Source of the DNA: Camelus ferus
Lineage: Eukaryota
Assembly: GCF_009834535.1 (NCBI RefSeq)
Contig: NC_045697.1
Location: 89,220,001 to 89,284,000 of the forward strand
Direction: 5' to 3'
Length of the DNA stretch: 64,000 bases
Below the pieces are notes generated by a model. That model worked only from the letters and a program-made list of their open reading frames with translations, had not been told where the DNA came from and did no database searches. Position 1 is the first letter of the stretch, and every line of letters begins with the position of its first letter. Shown in pieces: positions 1 through 13,699 of this stretch. The position numbers and the translations under genes were made by a program.

Positions 1-119
1 AACACACTTCATCCTGGTGTATGAAACTTGTTTCTCTGTCCTCTCAAGGACCATGCCTGTGCCTGCTAGCCAAAGGGGTGCTGGGCCTCTTATTAAATGT
101 TATTTAAGAAGAAACATAT

Positions 120-1290
120 ATTTGCAATAATAAAAAGCAATAAAGTTCTAGCATAGAAATAGATAAGTAGATCAATGGAACAAAAGAAAATGTCCAGAAA
201 CATACATGAATATATTTAATTACCTTTTAATCTTTTAATATTAAATAAGGGACAGACTGATACTGAAATGATTGTATATCTTATGGTAAATTTAGAGCTG
301 TACCTCACATTATAGCAAACATGAGGTGTATCTCTTTATAAATTAGTTGTTACCCACAAGCAATCTTGAATGAATTCTAGAATATAATTTAAGATGCTAC
401 TGTTTTGTAATCATCTTCTAATAGGGAAAATTTGTTAAGATGTAAAATATAAAGCTCATAAATAAAAACACTAATATGATTCTTTAAAGTAAACATAAAG
501 CTCTTAATGATGAACAAAACTTAAAAACTGACATATTATGAAGACATTTTTATAAAGTATGAAACTCAAATGAGATGAAAATATTTATTACAAAAAATAA
601 TGATCCAATAAATCAATATGAACATGACATGTAACCCAGAAATAAAGGGGAAGGGCAAGCAGGTGCACTTAAAAGATCCCTGATCTCCTAGGTGATAAGG
701 TAATTGGATTGTTAACAAGATTTCACCATAGATTTTTTTCTTTTTTGTTTATTGATCAAGAAAAAAATTTTGAAACGGTGAGAAAAATTTTTATTTTTTA
801 AGAAACTGTGCAAGAAGTAGAACTGTCATACACTATTGATAGAAACAAATTTTAAACAACTTTTTGGAGAGTAATTTAATAATACCTACCAAAAATAATA
901 ATAGTTGTAAAATATTTTTTATTAAGAATTTCCACTTCTTGATAGTTTGTTTTAAAAATAACACCAAGTATATACACGTGTGCATAATTCGTAATATTGA
1001 CATTTAGGTAAAAACTCATACGGAAATGCTTAAATATGTTGTATATACTGAGTAATAATATAAGATATTTAAATAATGGGGTAATAAAGCAAATTTCAGA
1101 ATGGTGTGTATTGCATTGATTTATTTTGTTTAAATAAAACTGTATGCATGTATATTAATACATATTTATATATACACACATTTTGGGTATATATAAAATT
1201 CAAGCTATTACAGAGGATTTAATTGTTTATATGCCTTTCTATTGTTTCAAAAATGTACTTAGCAGTTATTACTTTTGTAAAATGATATTG
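120..1290 (+). mobile_element. Ancient, highly diverged L1 ORF2-3' end/3'UTR remnant (L1ME-like)
   Basis: A-rich, with degenerate L1 motifs such as agataagtagatcaatggaacaaaagaaaatgtccagaaa and aagaatttccacttct. Confidence 0.55.
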
Positions 1291-1307
1291 AATTCTATTT
1301 GTATTTC

Positions 1308-1440
1308 TTATTAGCTATCTGAACATGGCAAATCTCCTGAATTTGAGTGTGCTAGTTTTCTAACCTGTGCAATGGAGATAATTAAATCAGTCTTGGCTGG
1401 ATTTTGTGACAATCAAGTGAGCTAACAACACATACATAAA
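1308..1440 (+). mobile_element. MIR SINE fragment
   Basis: Degenerate MIR core: agttttctaacctgtgcaatggagataat...caagtgagctaa. Confidence 0.55.
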
Positions 1441-2003
1441 CAATTATATATTTTTTTAGTCAAGTTGGTTCTCTTAAGCATTGCTGACTTTGCATGTTTA
1501 GGAGGCTATTTGTTCCTTTGTTCATAAAGACATTTTTCTTTGTGCTCCACGGAAGGCACCAAGACTTGTCATGTTGGCAGTCTTGTGGGCAAATTAATAG
1601 TTATTGCCTAAGAGGCATCTTGTCCAGGAAAAATAATGTCTCTGTTGTTTCAACCTACGTAGTTTCTGTTTTTAATTACCTATGAAACAATACAAAAATT
1701 TTTTTTAAATGTGCATGAGGAGAAATACAGTAATCTATCAAAACCATTTCTCAAAAAATCTCACATTGCTTATTCCTAGTTTTTACAAGTCCCGTATTAC
1801 TATTTTTTGGACATCAGATTAATTGCAGTGTGACCTCAGGTCAGATTCTGAGATTCCACTGGAAACTCATGGTTTTTGTCTTTGTGTATTTAAGTGGATA
1901 TATATTTTATGGATAAGTTACCAAGGAAAATGGACAAATGCTGATTTACCCATGCTGTTTTGTATTTAAAATTCTTAAGGGTAGAGTGTCTCTAAGTTTC
2001 CTT

Positions 2004-2125
2004 AATTTTTATTTGGATATAATTGACATAACATTATACTAGTTTTAGGTGTACAATGTCATGATTCAGTACTTGTAAATATTGTAAAATAATTACCACA
2101 ATAAGTCCCGTTAACATCCGTTACC
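2004..2125 (-). mobile_element. 5'-truncated L1 3'UTR end flanked by a ~39 bp direct repeat
   Basis: gatataattgacataacattatactagttttaggtgtacaa is a typical laurasiatherian L1 3' terminus read antisense. Direct repeats at 1964-2003 and 2126-2164. Confidence 0.8.
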
Positions 2126-3419
2126 ATTTAAAATTCTAAGGGCGGAGTGTCTCTAAGTTTCTTTTGTGAAGGTATCATGGTCAACCATCAGAGTCTAAAA
2201 TTTAATTTAAAAATGATCAACCAATACAGGAAGTTATAAAAAGAAAAGAAAATTTACTTTGAAGTTTTGTTCTTCAAACAAATAAGGAATGAATTACTGA
2301 GAGTCAGGTTTTCCTTGGTTAATTGAAGGATAAAATACAGCTTTAAAATATCACAGGATGGTTATTCTCTGGAGCAGAAGAGAAGACATCAATGTAAAGA
2401 TGGGAACAAGAGAAATGGGGAGATAAAGTAATTTCAGCATGAATCAAACCAGTCATCTCTCTTTGCTTATTGTCTGGATCACAAGGACTGTCTTATCTGC
2501 TCTGGCTTTTCATGTCATGGGCCAGGTGGAATCCTCACATGCTGCTGGGTCCCTTCCTCTCATGTTTCCCAGAAGGTTAAAATAAGATGATATATCTTTA
2601 TTTACATTTATCCAAAAGGTTGCATAGGCATCCCATTTTTGTTTACTATTCAGGAAAATGTCTATCACATGGTACAAGGTTAAGAACACAAAAAAAGAAA
2701 AAGACAAAAAAAATTAGTTTTTTTGTGCACTTGCTTCAATACAGGTGTGTCATTTCAGTGTTGTTGTCCTCACACAAAGGTCAATATTCAGAAAAGTATC
2801 ATCAAGAGAACTGGAGAATAAGCATTGCAGATAATGACTATTTAGGTTGATAAATTTGAATTCCTAAGATTGATAGCTATTGGGCTAAGAAAATGAGATT
2901 TGTTTTAACAGACATAACAGACATGCGGTATAGAGGACAGTCCAGACCCAAATGAAGTGAGAGAGTCATGCCCCATGTGTCTGTCTCATTCTCTGTGACA
3001 GATTTTAGTGATGATTTATCTGCTTCCTAACCCCCAAATAGAAAACTCATTTCATTCAGAGAACAATTCTTCTAGCCTACTTGTTAAAGATGACATTAAG
3101 GCAGTCAAGGAGAATCATGGTTGATACATGTCATAACAGAGAAAGATGAGAATGTTATGCAGCATTAAATTTAAAGGCTCTGATTTAACACTAAATGGTA
3201 AGTACAGTTAACAGCTTCTAGGGAAGTAGGGGATGGGAGACAAATCTATCAGTAATCTGCTGTACAAGTTGATTGGAACTTCAAAATTATAGGAAACACT
3301 GATCTCTACATATAATTATGTATAGATTTTAGCTTTAAAAAAACACATTTTCTATTGAGTGAGAATTCATTGTTACTTAAAGTCAAGTCTGTATAATAAA
3401 GGTTAAATTGAGATTTAGG

Positions 3420-3650
3420 AATAATAATAGCTAACATTTTTCAAGTGTGCACTAGGTACCAGGTATGTATGGTTCTAAGTGTTTTAAGTATTTTAACAAA
3501 TTTACTTTTCATGACAAACATAAGCATTTTATGATGAGGAAATCAGAAAGAGCAAGGCAAAGTAAGTTGCTTGAGTCAGAGAATTAGAAAGACCCAGTGG
3601 TGAGAACTAAGAGAGAATGGCTGCAGTGTACAGTCAGACATTGTATGATG
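3420..3650 (-). mobile_element. MIR SINE
   Basis: ataataatagctaacattt...ggttctaagtgtttt...ttttatgatgaggaaat matches antisense MIR. Confidence 0.65.
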
Positions 3651-5007
3651 TTGCCTCTGAAGTAACTATATGATTAATCTGATTGTCCTAGATAATCTAG
3701 ATAATAAAATATTTACATGTAGAAAATAAATTATCTAAAAGAATCTGGCTTTCCATTACATTTCATAATGTTGAAGGTAAGTTTGAATCTAGTCCATTTA
3801 TTACTACAAGCTCAGTAATAAATTGTTCTCTAATTCCACTTATTCCACCTCTTCAATGTTACCAACTATGTGATATGTGATCATTATATGAGCCTTTTCT
3901 CGCTTCCCTCCCTTCTCTATCCACTCAGGGGTACATCACTGCAGAAAATATTCTCCTGTTTCTGAGTTACAGACTTGTGTGTTTTACAAAAAGTCAGATA
4001 TTTTGCTCTTTAACTTCTGAGCAGCCCTGGATTAATTCAACCATCTGCCTCCTTTGCTTCTGAGCCTGCACCCATGTTACTGTGTACCACTAGAGAAAGC
4101 CAGATGATCTTGAAGATTAGTACCATAGCAAATTTATGGAATCCAAACTCAGAGGTAACCACAACTGCTTGGCAACCCAATTACATTTTTCTTATCTGGC
4201 CTATTTCCCATTCCCCTCAGCAGTTATTCTAGCCCTTCCACATTTTCTTTAAATCTCTAGCCCCAGTAGACTCCATTTTACTCCATCAATTATTTCCATT
4301 CTATGCTATATTTTTAGGTTCCTCTAAGCACAAATGTACCACACAAGCACACATATCCATACAAATATACGTATGTCAAAAATTCAATACACATTTGTAT
4401 ACATATAGACATGAATATATATGTATATGTGTATACATACGTCTATATGTTCAACTTTTGACATAATTAAATCCAGTCACCCCTTTAAAAGACTCTCAAA
4501 CATTTATTTCCATATTTCTTTATATTGCCTTTTTTTTTTTTTATCCACTTCACAGTTTCTTTTGTAAGTACCTCCTTTTCTTAAATGATGAAACTCATCA
4601 GGACTGTATTTAAACTTCATGTCTTCCTCAGGAGTCTGTATTTAGGTGTCAAGTTTTTTGGCTTTAATTTAGAGGTGCTTAAACTATTGCACTGAAATGG
4701 GCTTTAAAGAGGCAGTAAAACTCCTGAAGCTACATATTTAATATTGTATATGTCAACTTATTTCTGAAGAGATCTAGAATGTTAAAATCATAATGTAACT
4801 CAATACAGCTTATGAATCATTGTTCTGAAACACTTTAACTCTGCATGTCAGTCTTGGTTTTCTGTTCTAACCACTTCTTACTTCTGTATTTATTTTCTAC
4901 TTGGACTTCTGTCCTGAGTTACACCTGTGGCAAGTAAATGCCTTCACCTCTATATTTCAGAGGCACCTTAAATTCAACAAGCCCCAAATTGAAATTATTA
5001 ATTTTAT

Positions 5008-6080
5008 CCATGAGCCCATCAAAGGTATTCTTCATGTCTGGTACTTTTTTGTTATTTTTAGCATTTCTTTTGGATACTTTCTTAGAACTGTTATCTTTTC
5101 ATTACAATTTCCATCTGCTCTTGAATGTTGTCTGCATTTCTTTTATTAGAGATCTTGGTATATGAATCATAGTTGTTTTAAATTCCCAGCCTCATAATTC
5201 CAACACCCTTGCCATATCTGACTCTGACTCTAATTCTTCTTCAGTCTCTCAACCTTTATTTTTTACCTTTTAGTATTCCTTGTAATTTTTTTGCTGAAAC
5301 CCAGACGGACATGATATATCCAATATGAGGAATTGTCAGAGACAGGCCTTTAGTAATGTGGTGGTGGGTTGTCCTATAATCCTATGATTAGCTCTCAGTC
5401 TTTTGGTGAGCCTGTGCCATGGATTGTGAACTTTACCAGTGCTTCTCAGTTCCCCACCCCCTGCCTTTAATTGGGACAGGATGACTAGACAGGGCTGCAG
5501 TTGAGTATTTCCCTCACCCCTTGGTAATTTAGACTCTGATAAAACTCCAGCAGGTAAGCCTCTTTTAATAATTTCTCCTAAGGTCAGGCTTTGTTAAGAA
5601 AAACAGAATGCTCTGACACATTTTAAAATGGTGACTTTTCCCTCTGACTTCCAGAAGCTTGAAAGGACTTTTCTCTGATGTTCACTGTGGGCACCTGTAG
5701 AGCTCTGGAGGTAAAACACACTAAAGTGTGGGTGCCCTCTTGTGACTGCTCCCCGCCCCCTGCAGCACAACCTTCTCTCCATCTGTGCAATAATACCTCT
5801 GCCCTCTCCTCTCCTCTCCTCTTCATCCACTCTGATTGTGCACCCTCAGCCCTGCAACATCCTTTAAGTGATGCATTGCAATAAGCCTCCGAGTCTCTAC
5901 ACCTATACCCAGCTCCACTCCACCAGGGAAAGACCGGCTGCCTCACCTTCCCACGCTCCTTTGCAGCTTTGCCCATACCTTAGTTGTGACATTTTTTCTT
6001 ATTTCATAAGAGTTTGGTTTCTAATGTCCCTTCTGTACCACAATTATTGGAAAAAGAGAGTGACAGTCCATCGTTTTCTT
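5008..6080 (-). mobile_element. Old L1 (L1MC/L1MD-like) 5' region/ORF1 start
   Basis: atgagcccatcaaaggtattcttcat...aatcatagttgttttaaattccc...aggcctttagtaatgtggtgg are characteristic antisense L1MC/MD 5' motifs. Confidence 0.6.
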
Positions 6081-8302
6081 GAATAATATGTGATTTATAC
6101 TGGAATCTTAGTACACAGTTATTGAGAAAAGAAAGAATGAAGAAAAACATTTTTGAAAATAGTTAATATGATGAAAAGCTTGGGTTTCTGTTCCTACAAA
6201 ATGGTATATACGGCTATATTATGATATAATGTTTAAAACTGTAGATGCAGTCTCCATTACAGATGTGTAGTTCTTGAATACATAAGGTAATTTTCCAGGG
6301 TTGGGTTGTGCCAAGTGAGTAGCCTTTAGTATGGCAAATTAAAAATGGAGAGCAGCAACACTGGAGCATACAGAAAAAAAGTTGATCAAGAATGTAAGAA
6401 CTTTGCATATTTAGAGGGAAATAAAATTTAAGGGTTGTTTAGACAGGAAGACACACAAAAATAAGTGAGAAAGAAATGAGACAGCATATCTTCCTTAGAA
6501 TGTTTGATAAATACACACACCAGGTTTATTCTTTTGCTTCATATATTATGAGATTATAACTCAAGCCAATGAATGATAAAGACAGAAGAGTTAGACTTAT
6601 AAATAAATAAGACCCTAAAAAAGTTTACTCCATTGAAAGTACACCAGAATTTTCTGTTACTAGATCAATTCAATGGCAGATTTAGTAATTATTTGACCAA
6701 TACACAGTAGAATGGATTCCAGAACTGGCTGAGAAATAAAAATAAAAGACTTTGTTCCTTGCAAAACTAAAGTTCTAAATATAATGTTTTACATTAGGAT
6801 GAAATTTAACATTATTTTTCTTTTGGAAAAACAATCTGATTCAATTATTTTTCTTATTTGTCTTTAATAGAGAAGAATTAATATGCATAATTAAAAGTGG
6901 AGTGAGTACTGTTATTTTGGATCAGCACAACAAAAATCAAAAGAGGGACTGGTCAGAAGAATTCTTTTGTCATTTTTTTTTTCTATTCTTGATTTATCTG
7001 TAAATTGAGAAGAGCCTCTTGCTTACTCACCGGACAAACTGAAGCTATTTCAGAGGTAGTATAGGTGCCAGTTCAGTTCAGAATTTGAGATCAATTTAAA
7101 TGTATTTTCATTATTTTATTTTATCTTTCTCCTGTGAATTTTCAAGCTGTTACTTAACAGTTTCTTGAGTTTCACTAGCCTGTTTTAAAGTCTGAGGTAA
7201 TACAGAAAACTAAATTTTTAGAAGGGCCATTTGGAATGTTTATTTTAGTATAAAATGTTTTAATACAGTATCACATTTCATTTGAGATATTCCCTATTAA
7301 AAACCTTGATAATCACCAATCAAAAGAGGAAAAAAATTGATTTTCCCATTTTGTTCAGGTATAGAATAAGAAGAATGATAATAACATCCAAGATATATAA
7401 ACAAACAGATCAGACTGTTAGTTTTAACTCTGTTCCCAGGTTATTTTACTAAGGATTTTTCAGTGTTTACCATCAACCTTCAATAATACATTTTTATTAT
7501 GAATATGATCCACTAAATCAATGACTGGGGTAATAACCCAATGTTCATTTCTTTAGAGAAATGCCGTTCTGCCCTTGCCTGAGATGTGTATGTGCCTGAA
7601 GTGTAGCTGCCTAAGGGAGGAGGCAGGAAGGAGAACAAAGGATGAAGGGACAGAGAAGAGATGAAGAAGAATGGGCATATTTGAGCCAATCAAGACAAGG
7701 CTGTGTGTGGAAACAAACCAAAGCAAGCTGAGAAGCTACTTGGCTCTATTTATGCTTGAGTTGTCTCCACTAGACTTTTCTGATAATAAAAGCTCTACTT
7801 GGAGTGGTGGGGAACAGTACCAGAGGCCCTGTGAGTACAGCATTCATTGCCTATCAATTTTCCCCTTTTCTCATCACACTACACCCTCTTGCAGGGAGCC
7901 ATGAGTTAAAATGCCACAACACCTGTCTTCCAGCGATGCCTAGTGGGCTGCCCCGAGTGCCAAGAAAACAGTCATCTTTCCCTGGGAATCTTCACCTCTC
8001 TTCAGGGGACATTAGATGCTTTTGCTGCCTTTCACTTTTTCTCACTGAGGTTCACTCGGGTGATAAGCTAAACGATTTCCAAAGTCTTCAAGTTCAAAAC
8101 TTCCCTGTACTCTCTGCAAAAATGAAGAATTTCTATGCTTTCACGTGGATTTCACAGCAGTACTATTTGTGTCCTGGCATCCTACAAAATATTTTTCCTA
8201 GTCACCTTTTTCGGGTTTTGTTATCAGAATAGTCTAAAGGAGACTGAACTTACAGGTAAATATGAGCACAAACGGCATGCTACACAGTTTATTTGAAAAC
8301 TA

Positions 8303-8506
8303 CAGTTTCGTGATTTTGTCTCTGAGGAGACATTCGAAACTGTCTGGAAACATTGTTGGTTGCCACAGCTAGGAGAAGACACTGCTACTTTCTAGTGGGT
8401 AGAGTTCAGGGGTCGTGCTGAACATCTAACAATGCAAAAGACAGTCCCTCACAACAAAGAGTTATCTGCCTCACAATGTCAACAGTGCCAAGGTTGACAA
8501 ACCCCA
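8303..8506 (+). mobile_element. MER20 (hAT-Charlie) DNA transposon
   Basis: tgtctggaaacattgttggttgccaca...ctagtgggtagag...cacaacaaagagttatctg...aatgtcaacagtgccaaggttgacaaaccc. Confidence 0.85.
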
Positions 8507-10055
8507 TTGTTCAGGCTTGTTTGACTAATAAACTTATGTTTTTCCTCCGTTTTAAACATGAGTGCAAAACTAAGCTTAGGCTTAAGCTAAGTGAATACTT
8601 TTGAGTCCTCTTCTATTTTCAAAATATTCAAGTATACACACTCACATATTTACACACACAAACACAAACATACGTAATGAAACACCAATGTGACTACTCA
8701 CGCAGATACAATTAACATGACTTAGGAACAAATAAAGTGACCTCAAACAAAATGACCATTGTGGATCTGGATCTGCAGAACACAAAGACTAATAACAACA
8801 AAAGAGAAAAAATAATCTTTAGTAACTTATTATTGGATATTCATTTCTACAGGCCAGTCCACTGACAAACATGGTTTTAGTGGTGTTTTTAATAATCTGT
8901 GGCTTTTATATGAAACAGCTTCTGATATGGGAACAAAGACTTTAGTGATAGTCCCCAATATTTCAAAAATTAAAGTGTCATATAGATTTCACAGTACATT
9001 CAGTCATAATTTAGTATATTTTTAGATTTATGAAAATGAGATACTGTTTTTCATAACATTATCTTAAAATTATTAAAACATCCTACTTATCTAAAACATT
9101 TTACAGTAAGTGTTAATGCCAAGTCAACTTTTATGACTGTAAGTAAGAATTTCAGTGAAAAATGTTGAAATCTCTTAAATCAGTTAACTGAAGTATATCA
9201 CAATAACAACTCCTAGTTAACCTTGTCACATTCAATGGATAAGATGTGAATTGGTTACATCTGATTATTAAAACATAATTATAGCCTTGAAGAGATTTAT
9301 TAAATTCAATTAAGAGAAAGAGATCTAATGCCCAAAATGAATTCAACATTTAATTATTATCTAAAGAGTGACAGGTCTATTTTTAAAGATTATTTTTCTT
9401 TATCATAACATAAATAAGTGAAGAATGTAGAATATATGTTTGCCTCAGTAAACTGATGTCACCCTTCTAAAAAATTTAATGGCTAAAAGTATGAATGATC
9501 TGTTAAACAGTAGTTTCAGTATACACTTTCCTTTTTCTTCTTTCTCACTAGTGGTTGAAAAAAATTATCAAATGTGAGGAAATTAATATAAAACTTGAAG
9601 GACGAGACATATAAAATAAGCAACAGCTTAATTATCTGCATAATATATTGTGGGATTTTTTAAATAATGATTCTGTGTTAACATATAATATAATTTTTCA
9701 CTAGCTAATGATGTAACTAGTGAACATAGAATAAACAGTATAGTTGGGGAACGCAATATATCCTATACATATTTACATATACATATGAATGTTAGACAAG
9801 TGTCTAAGGAAATACAACACTGTGTTCACTGATGTATAATTTATAACATAAAACAATAAAAGTTTACAAAAGGAAAACACAAATGCTAAACAATAGAGTA
9901 ACAGATAAGTACATTAAGCAACATACATATATAGATTACTAATTAGCTATTAAAAACATGTTTTGGGCCAATCACTCTCAAATATTGTCTCCTTCACTTA
10001 AATTTCTATAGGGAAAAGGAAGTGAAATTCCGTGAAGTCTCCAAGTATGATATAT

Positions 10056-11600
10056 TTATTTCTTTTTTATTGTGGTGAAAAGCCCATAACATGAAATTTA
10101 CCATCTTAATCATTTTAAGTGTACAGTTCAGTATTGTTAAGTATATTTACATTATTGTGAAACAGATCCACAGAACTTTTCATCTTGCAAGTATGAAATT
10201 ATACACTCATTAAACAACAATCCCTTCTCTGACCCCAGCCTCTGGTAACCACCCATTCTAGTTTCTGTTCCTATGAATTTGACCTTAGATAACTCAGGTA
10301 AAATGGAATCATACATTATTTGTCTTCTTGAGCTTGGTTTATTTCAGTTACCATACTGCCTTCAGCATTCAGCTATGTTGTAATGTGTGACAGACTGTCC
10401 TTCATTTTTAGGGCGCAATATTATTCCATTGTATGTATGTACCACATTGTGTTTATCTATTCACCTATCTATGGATGTTTGAATTGCTTCCACCTCTTGG
10501 CTATTGTTAATAATGCTGCTATGAAATTGGTTGTGCAAGTATCTTTTGAGATCCTGCTTTACTTCTTTTTGATACATACATAGAAGTGGGATCACTGGAT
10601 CATATGGTAGTTCTATTTTAAATTTTTTGCAGAATCTTTATATATTTTCCATAGCAGTTGCACCATTTTACAATCCCAACAGTATGCACTAATCTTTGCT
10701 AACTTTTGTTATTTTAAAATTTTTTGTTTATTTTTTAATAGTGGCCATACTAATGGGTATGAAGTGATACATTATTGTGACTTTGATTTGCATTTCCCTA
10801 AAGCTTTGTGGAGTTGAGAATGTTTTCATATGCTAATTGACCACTTATATATCATCTTTGGAGAATTGCCTTAAAGCCCTTTGCTCATTTTTAAATTGGA
10901 TTATTTGATTTTTTTGTTGTTGAGTGTAGAATTTCTTTATTTTGTAGATATTAACTCTTTATCAAATAAATGATATTTTAAAATATTTACTTCCATTCCA
11001 TAGGTTGCATTTTTTTTAAGGTTGCTTGTTTTTGCCTTTGTTGCCTGTGATTTTGGTGTCATATTCAAGAAATTATTGCCAACCCAATATCAAGAAGCTG
11101 ACCCCCTATATTTTCCTCCAGGAGTTTTACGGTTTTAGGTCTTACATTTAGTTTTTTCATCCATTTTGAGTTAATTTTTGTATATGGCGTAAGATAAGGG
11201 CCTAATTTTATTCTTCTGCATGTGGATATCCAGATTTCCCAACACCATTTGTTGAAGAGGTTGTTCTTTCCACATTGACTGGTTTTGCTACATCTGCTGA
11301 AGACCATTTGATCAAATATGTTAGGGTTTATTTCTAGCATCTCTATTCTATTTCACTATTTGTGAGTCTTTATGCCAGCACTGTTTTGAATACTGTAGCT
11401 TTGTAATGTATTTTGAAAATCAGGAAGTGCAAATTCTCCAACTCTGTATTCCTTTTTCAAAACAGTTTTGACTATGTGGCGTCCTTTGAGATTCTATATG
11501 AATCTGAGGATTAATTTTCCTATTTCTGCTAAAAAATGCCTTTGGGATTTTGATAGAGATTGCTCTGGATCTGTACATTGCTTTGAGTAGTATGGATCTA
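10056..11600 (-). mobile_element. L1 (L1MB-like) 3'UTR and ORF2 C-terminal part
   Basis: ttattgtggtgaaa...acatgaaatttaccatctta 3' end. ORF 11065-11340 (LFNKWCWEIWISTCRRIKLGPYLTPYTKINSKW) is L1 ORF2p. Confidence 0.92.
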
Positions 11601-11759
11601 TTATGATCTTAACGTACGTTCATTCACAATATAGAGATAATGTGGAAGGAGAATATTTATCTTTAAGAAAAAAATTATAATAAATTCTTAAGTGAAAAGT
11701 ATTAACAGACCAAAAAACAGTATATGTAAGGTCATTGCATTGTTTATTCTTCAGGAGTG

Positions 11760-12618
11760 ATTTTTTTTAAGAATAGTTTGATATTTACAGAAAAATGGTG
11801 AAGGCAGAATAGAAAGTGCCCATATCCTCCATACTGAATTTCCTATATTATCAATATTTTATATTACTGTGGGGTGTTTTTTAAAATTAATGAAATAATA
11901 CTGATACACTATTGTTAACCAAAGTGCACATTTTATTCAGATTTCATTACTTGTTACCTAATGCTTTTTACTGTTTCCTATCTCCACCATGCTTCCTACA
12001 CTCCCCTTGTCTGTGGCAGTCTCAGAATTTTCTTGGTTTTGATGACCTTGACAGTTTTGAGGAGTAATGGTTTAGTACTTTGTAGGATGTCCTTCAATTA
12101 ATATTTGTTTGATGTTTTTCCCATGACTGGAATGAGATACAGAGTTTGGGGGAGGAATACCGCTGAGATTTAGTACCATATTTCAAAATAACCAGGTTAC
12201 ACATTATCACCATGAATTAACACTCTTTGGTGAGAGATTGATTTAGATCTTTCATCCATTTGTTTTTAACTGGGCTGTTTGTTCTCTTACCCTTGAGTTT
12301 AAGGTTTCTTGATATATTTTGCATACAAGTATTTTATCAAATATGTATTTAGCAAGTGTTTTCTTGCAGTCTATGGCTTGTCTTTTCATAGTCTAAACAC
12401 AGTCTTTCACAGAGTGGAAGTTATTTATTTTAATAGAGTCTAATTTATCCACTTTTTCTTTAATGGATTGTCTTTTATTTTTATTTTAAAATTCATCCTG
12501 AAATTCAAGGTCCTATATTTTCTCCTATGTTATTTTCTAACAGTGCCATAGTTTTGAATTTTAAATTAGGTCTAGGGTCCATTTTCAGTTAATTTTCATG
12601 TCAAGTGTAAGCTCTGTA

Positions 12619-12658
<40 letters not shown>

Positions 12659-12699
12659 TTAACATATGGATGGTCAATTTTTCCAGTACCATTTCTTGA
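11760..12699 (-). mobile_element. L1 (L1MC/MD-like) 3'UTR and ORF2 end, with embedded (TA)12-T20 at 12617-12660
   Basis: atttacagaaaaat...aaattaatgaaataatactgatacact 3'UTR motifs. ORF2 antisense motifs such as tctatggcttgtcttttcat. Confidence 0.8.
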
Positions 12700-13445
12700 C
12701 CAACTTAAAATTTCGTATCCAGTTAAATTATTCTTTAAAAGTTAAGGAGAGATACAGATTTTTCTTAGACAAAGAAACACTCAATGAATTTGCCATCAGT
12801 GAAACTGCTTTGAAAGGAATGCTAAAGATATTCTTCAGAGAGAATGAAAATGACATAGGTCAGCAAGTCTGATCTACACAAGAAAAGAAGAGCACCAAAG
12901 AAAGAACTGGTAAAGGCATAATGAAATCTTTGTTTTTTTACTCCTGTCTGATCTAATAGATAACTATTTATTCAAAGTGATAACAGCAACAAAGTATCAG
13001 GTGAATATAGAATACAGGTAAGTAAAATAAAGGCCAGTAATGTTACAAAGGATGGGAGGAAGAAAATGGGAAATCTCTGTTATGTTACCTGTACTTCTAT
13101 GTAGCGAGTATTATTTGTAGGCAGACTTAGATTAGTTGTAAATGTATATGGCAAACTCTAGGACAACTACCTAAACAAGTTAAAGAAAGAAGTATAGTTG
13201 ATACACTTAGAGTGGAGAGAAAATGAACTTACATAAAAAGTTCAATGAAAACCAGAAAAAGAGGGTAAAACTTAGGAAAGAAAGAACAAATGTAGAAACA
13301 GAAAGCAACTGCAAACCAAGTGGATATTTATCCAACTGTATTAGTAATTACTCTAAGTGTGAACAGTTAACATACAGTAATAAAAAGGCAGTATCAGACT
13401 TAGCCAGGCTAACCAAGAAAAGAAAAAACACCAATAATACCATTT
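12700..13445 (+). mobile_element. L1 ORF1 C-terminus/inter-ORF fragment, opposite orientation to the adjacent piece
   Basis: gtatccagttaaattattctttaaaag...ttcttagacaaagaaacactcaatgaatttg (ORF1 end). LARLTKKRK ORF2 motif near 13400. Confidence 0.7.
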
Positions 13446-13699
13446 TAAAGAAAACATATTTATACAAATGAAAATTTTAACATTTTTTAATCAAATAGAA
13501 TGATATGAAATTTAAAGTGCCTTTGTGTTTTTCAGTGTGTCCAAAATTTTATAAAATAGATTTCCTCTTCCAATGAGTAAAAGTCAATTGAAAGTCTGTC
13601 TTATTAAAATTTGAATCTAATAAGATCGTATGTTCATCATAAGCTTTAAACCAAATGATTATATTTATAATATATATGTGTAGATTCAGGGATTCAGCT

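Noticed and set aside
7804..8232. 142-aa ORF
   Set aside because: Non-ATG start, no recognisable domain, and probably overlaps an old unclassified LTR-like sequence (~7500-8050).
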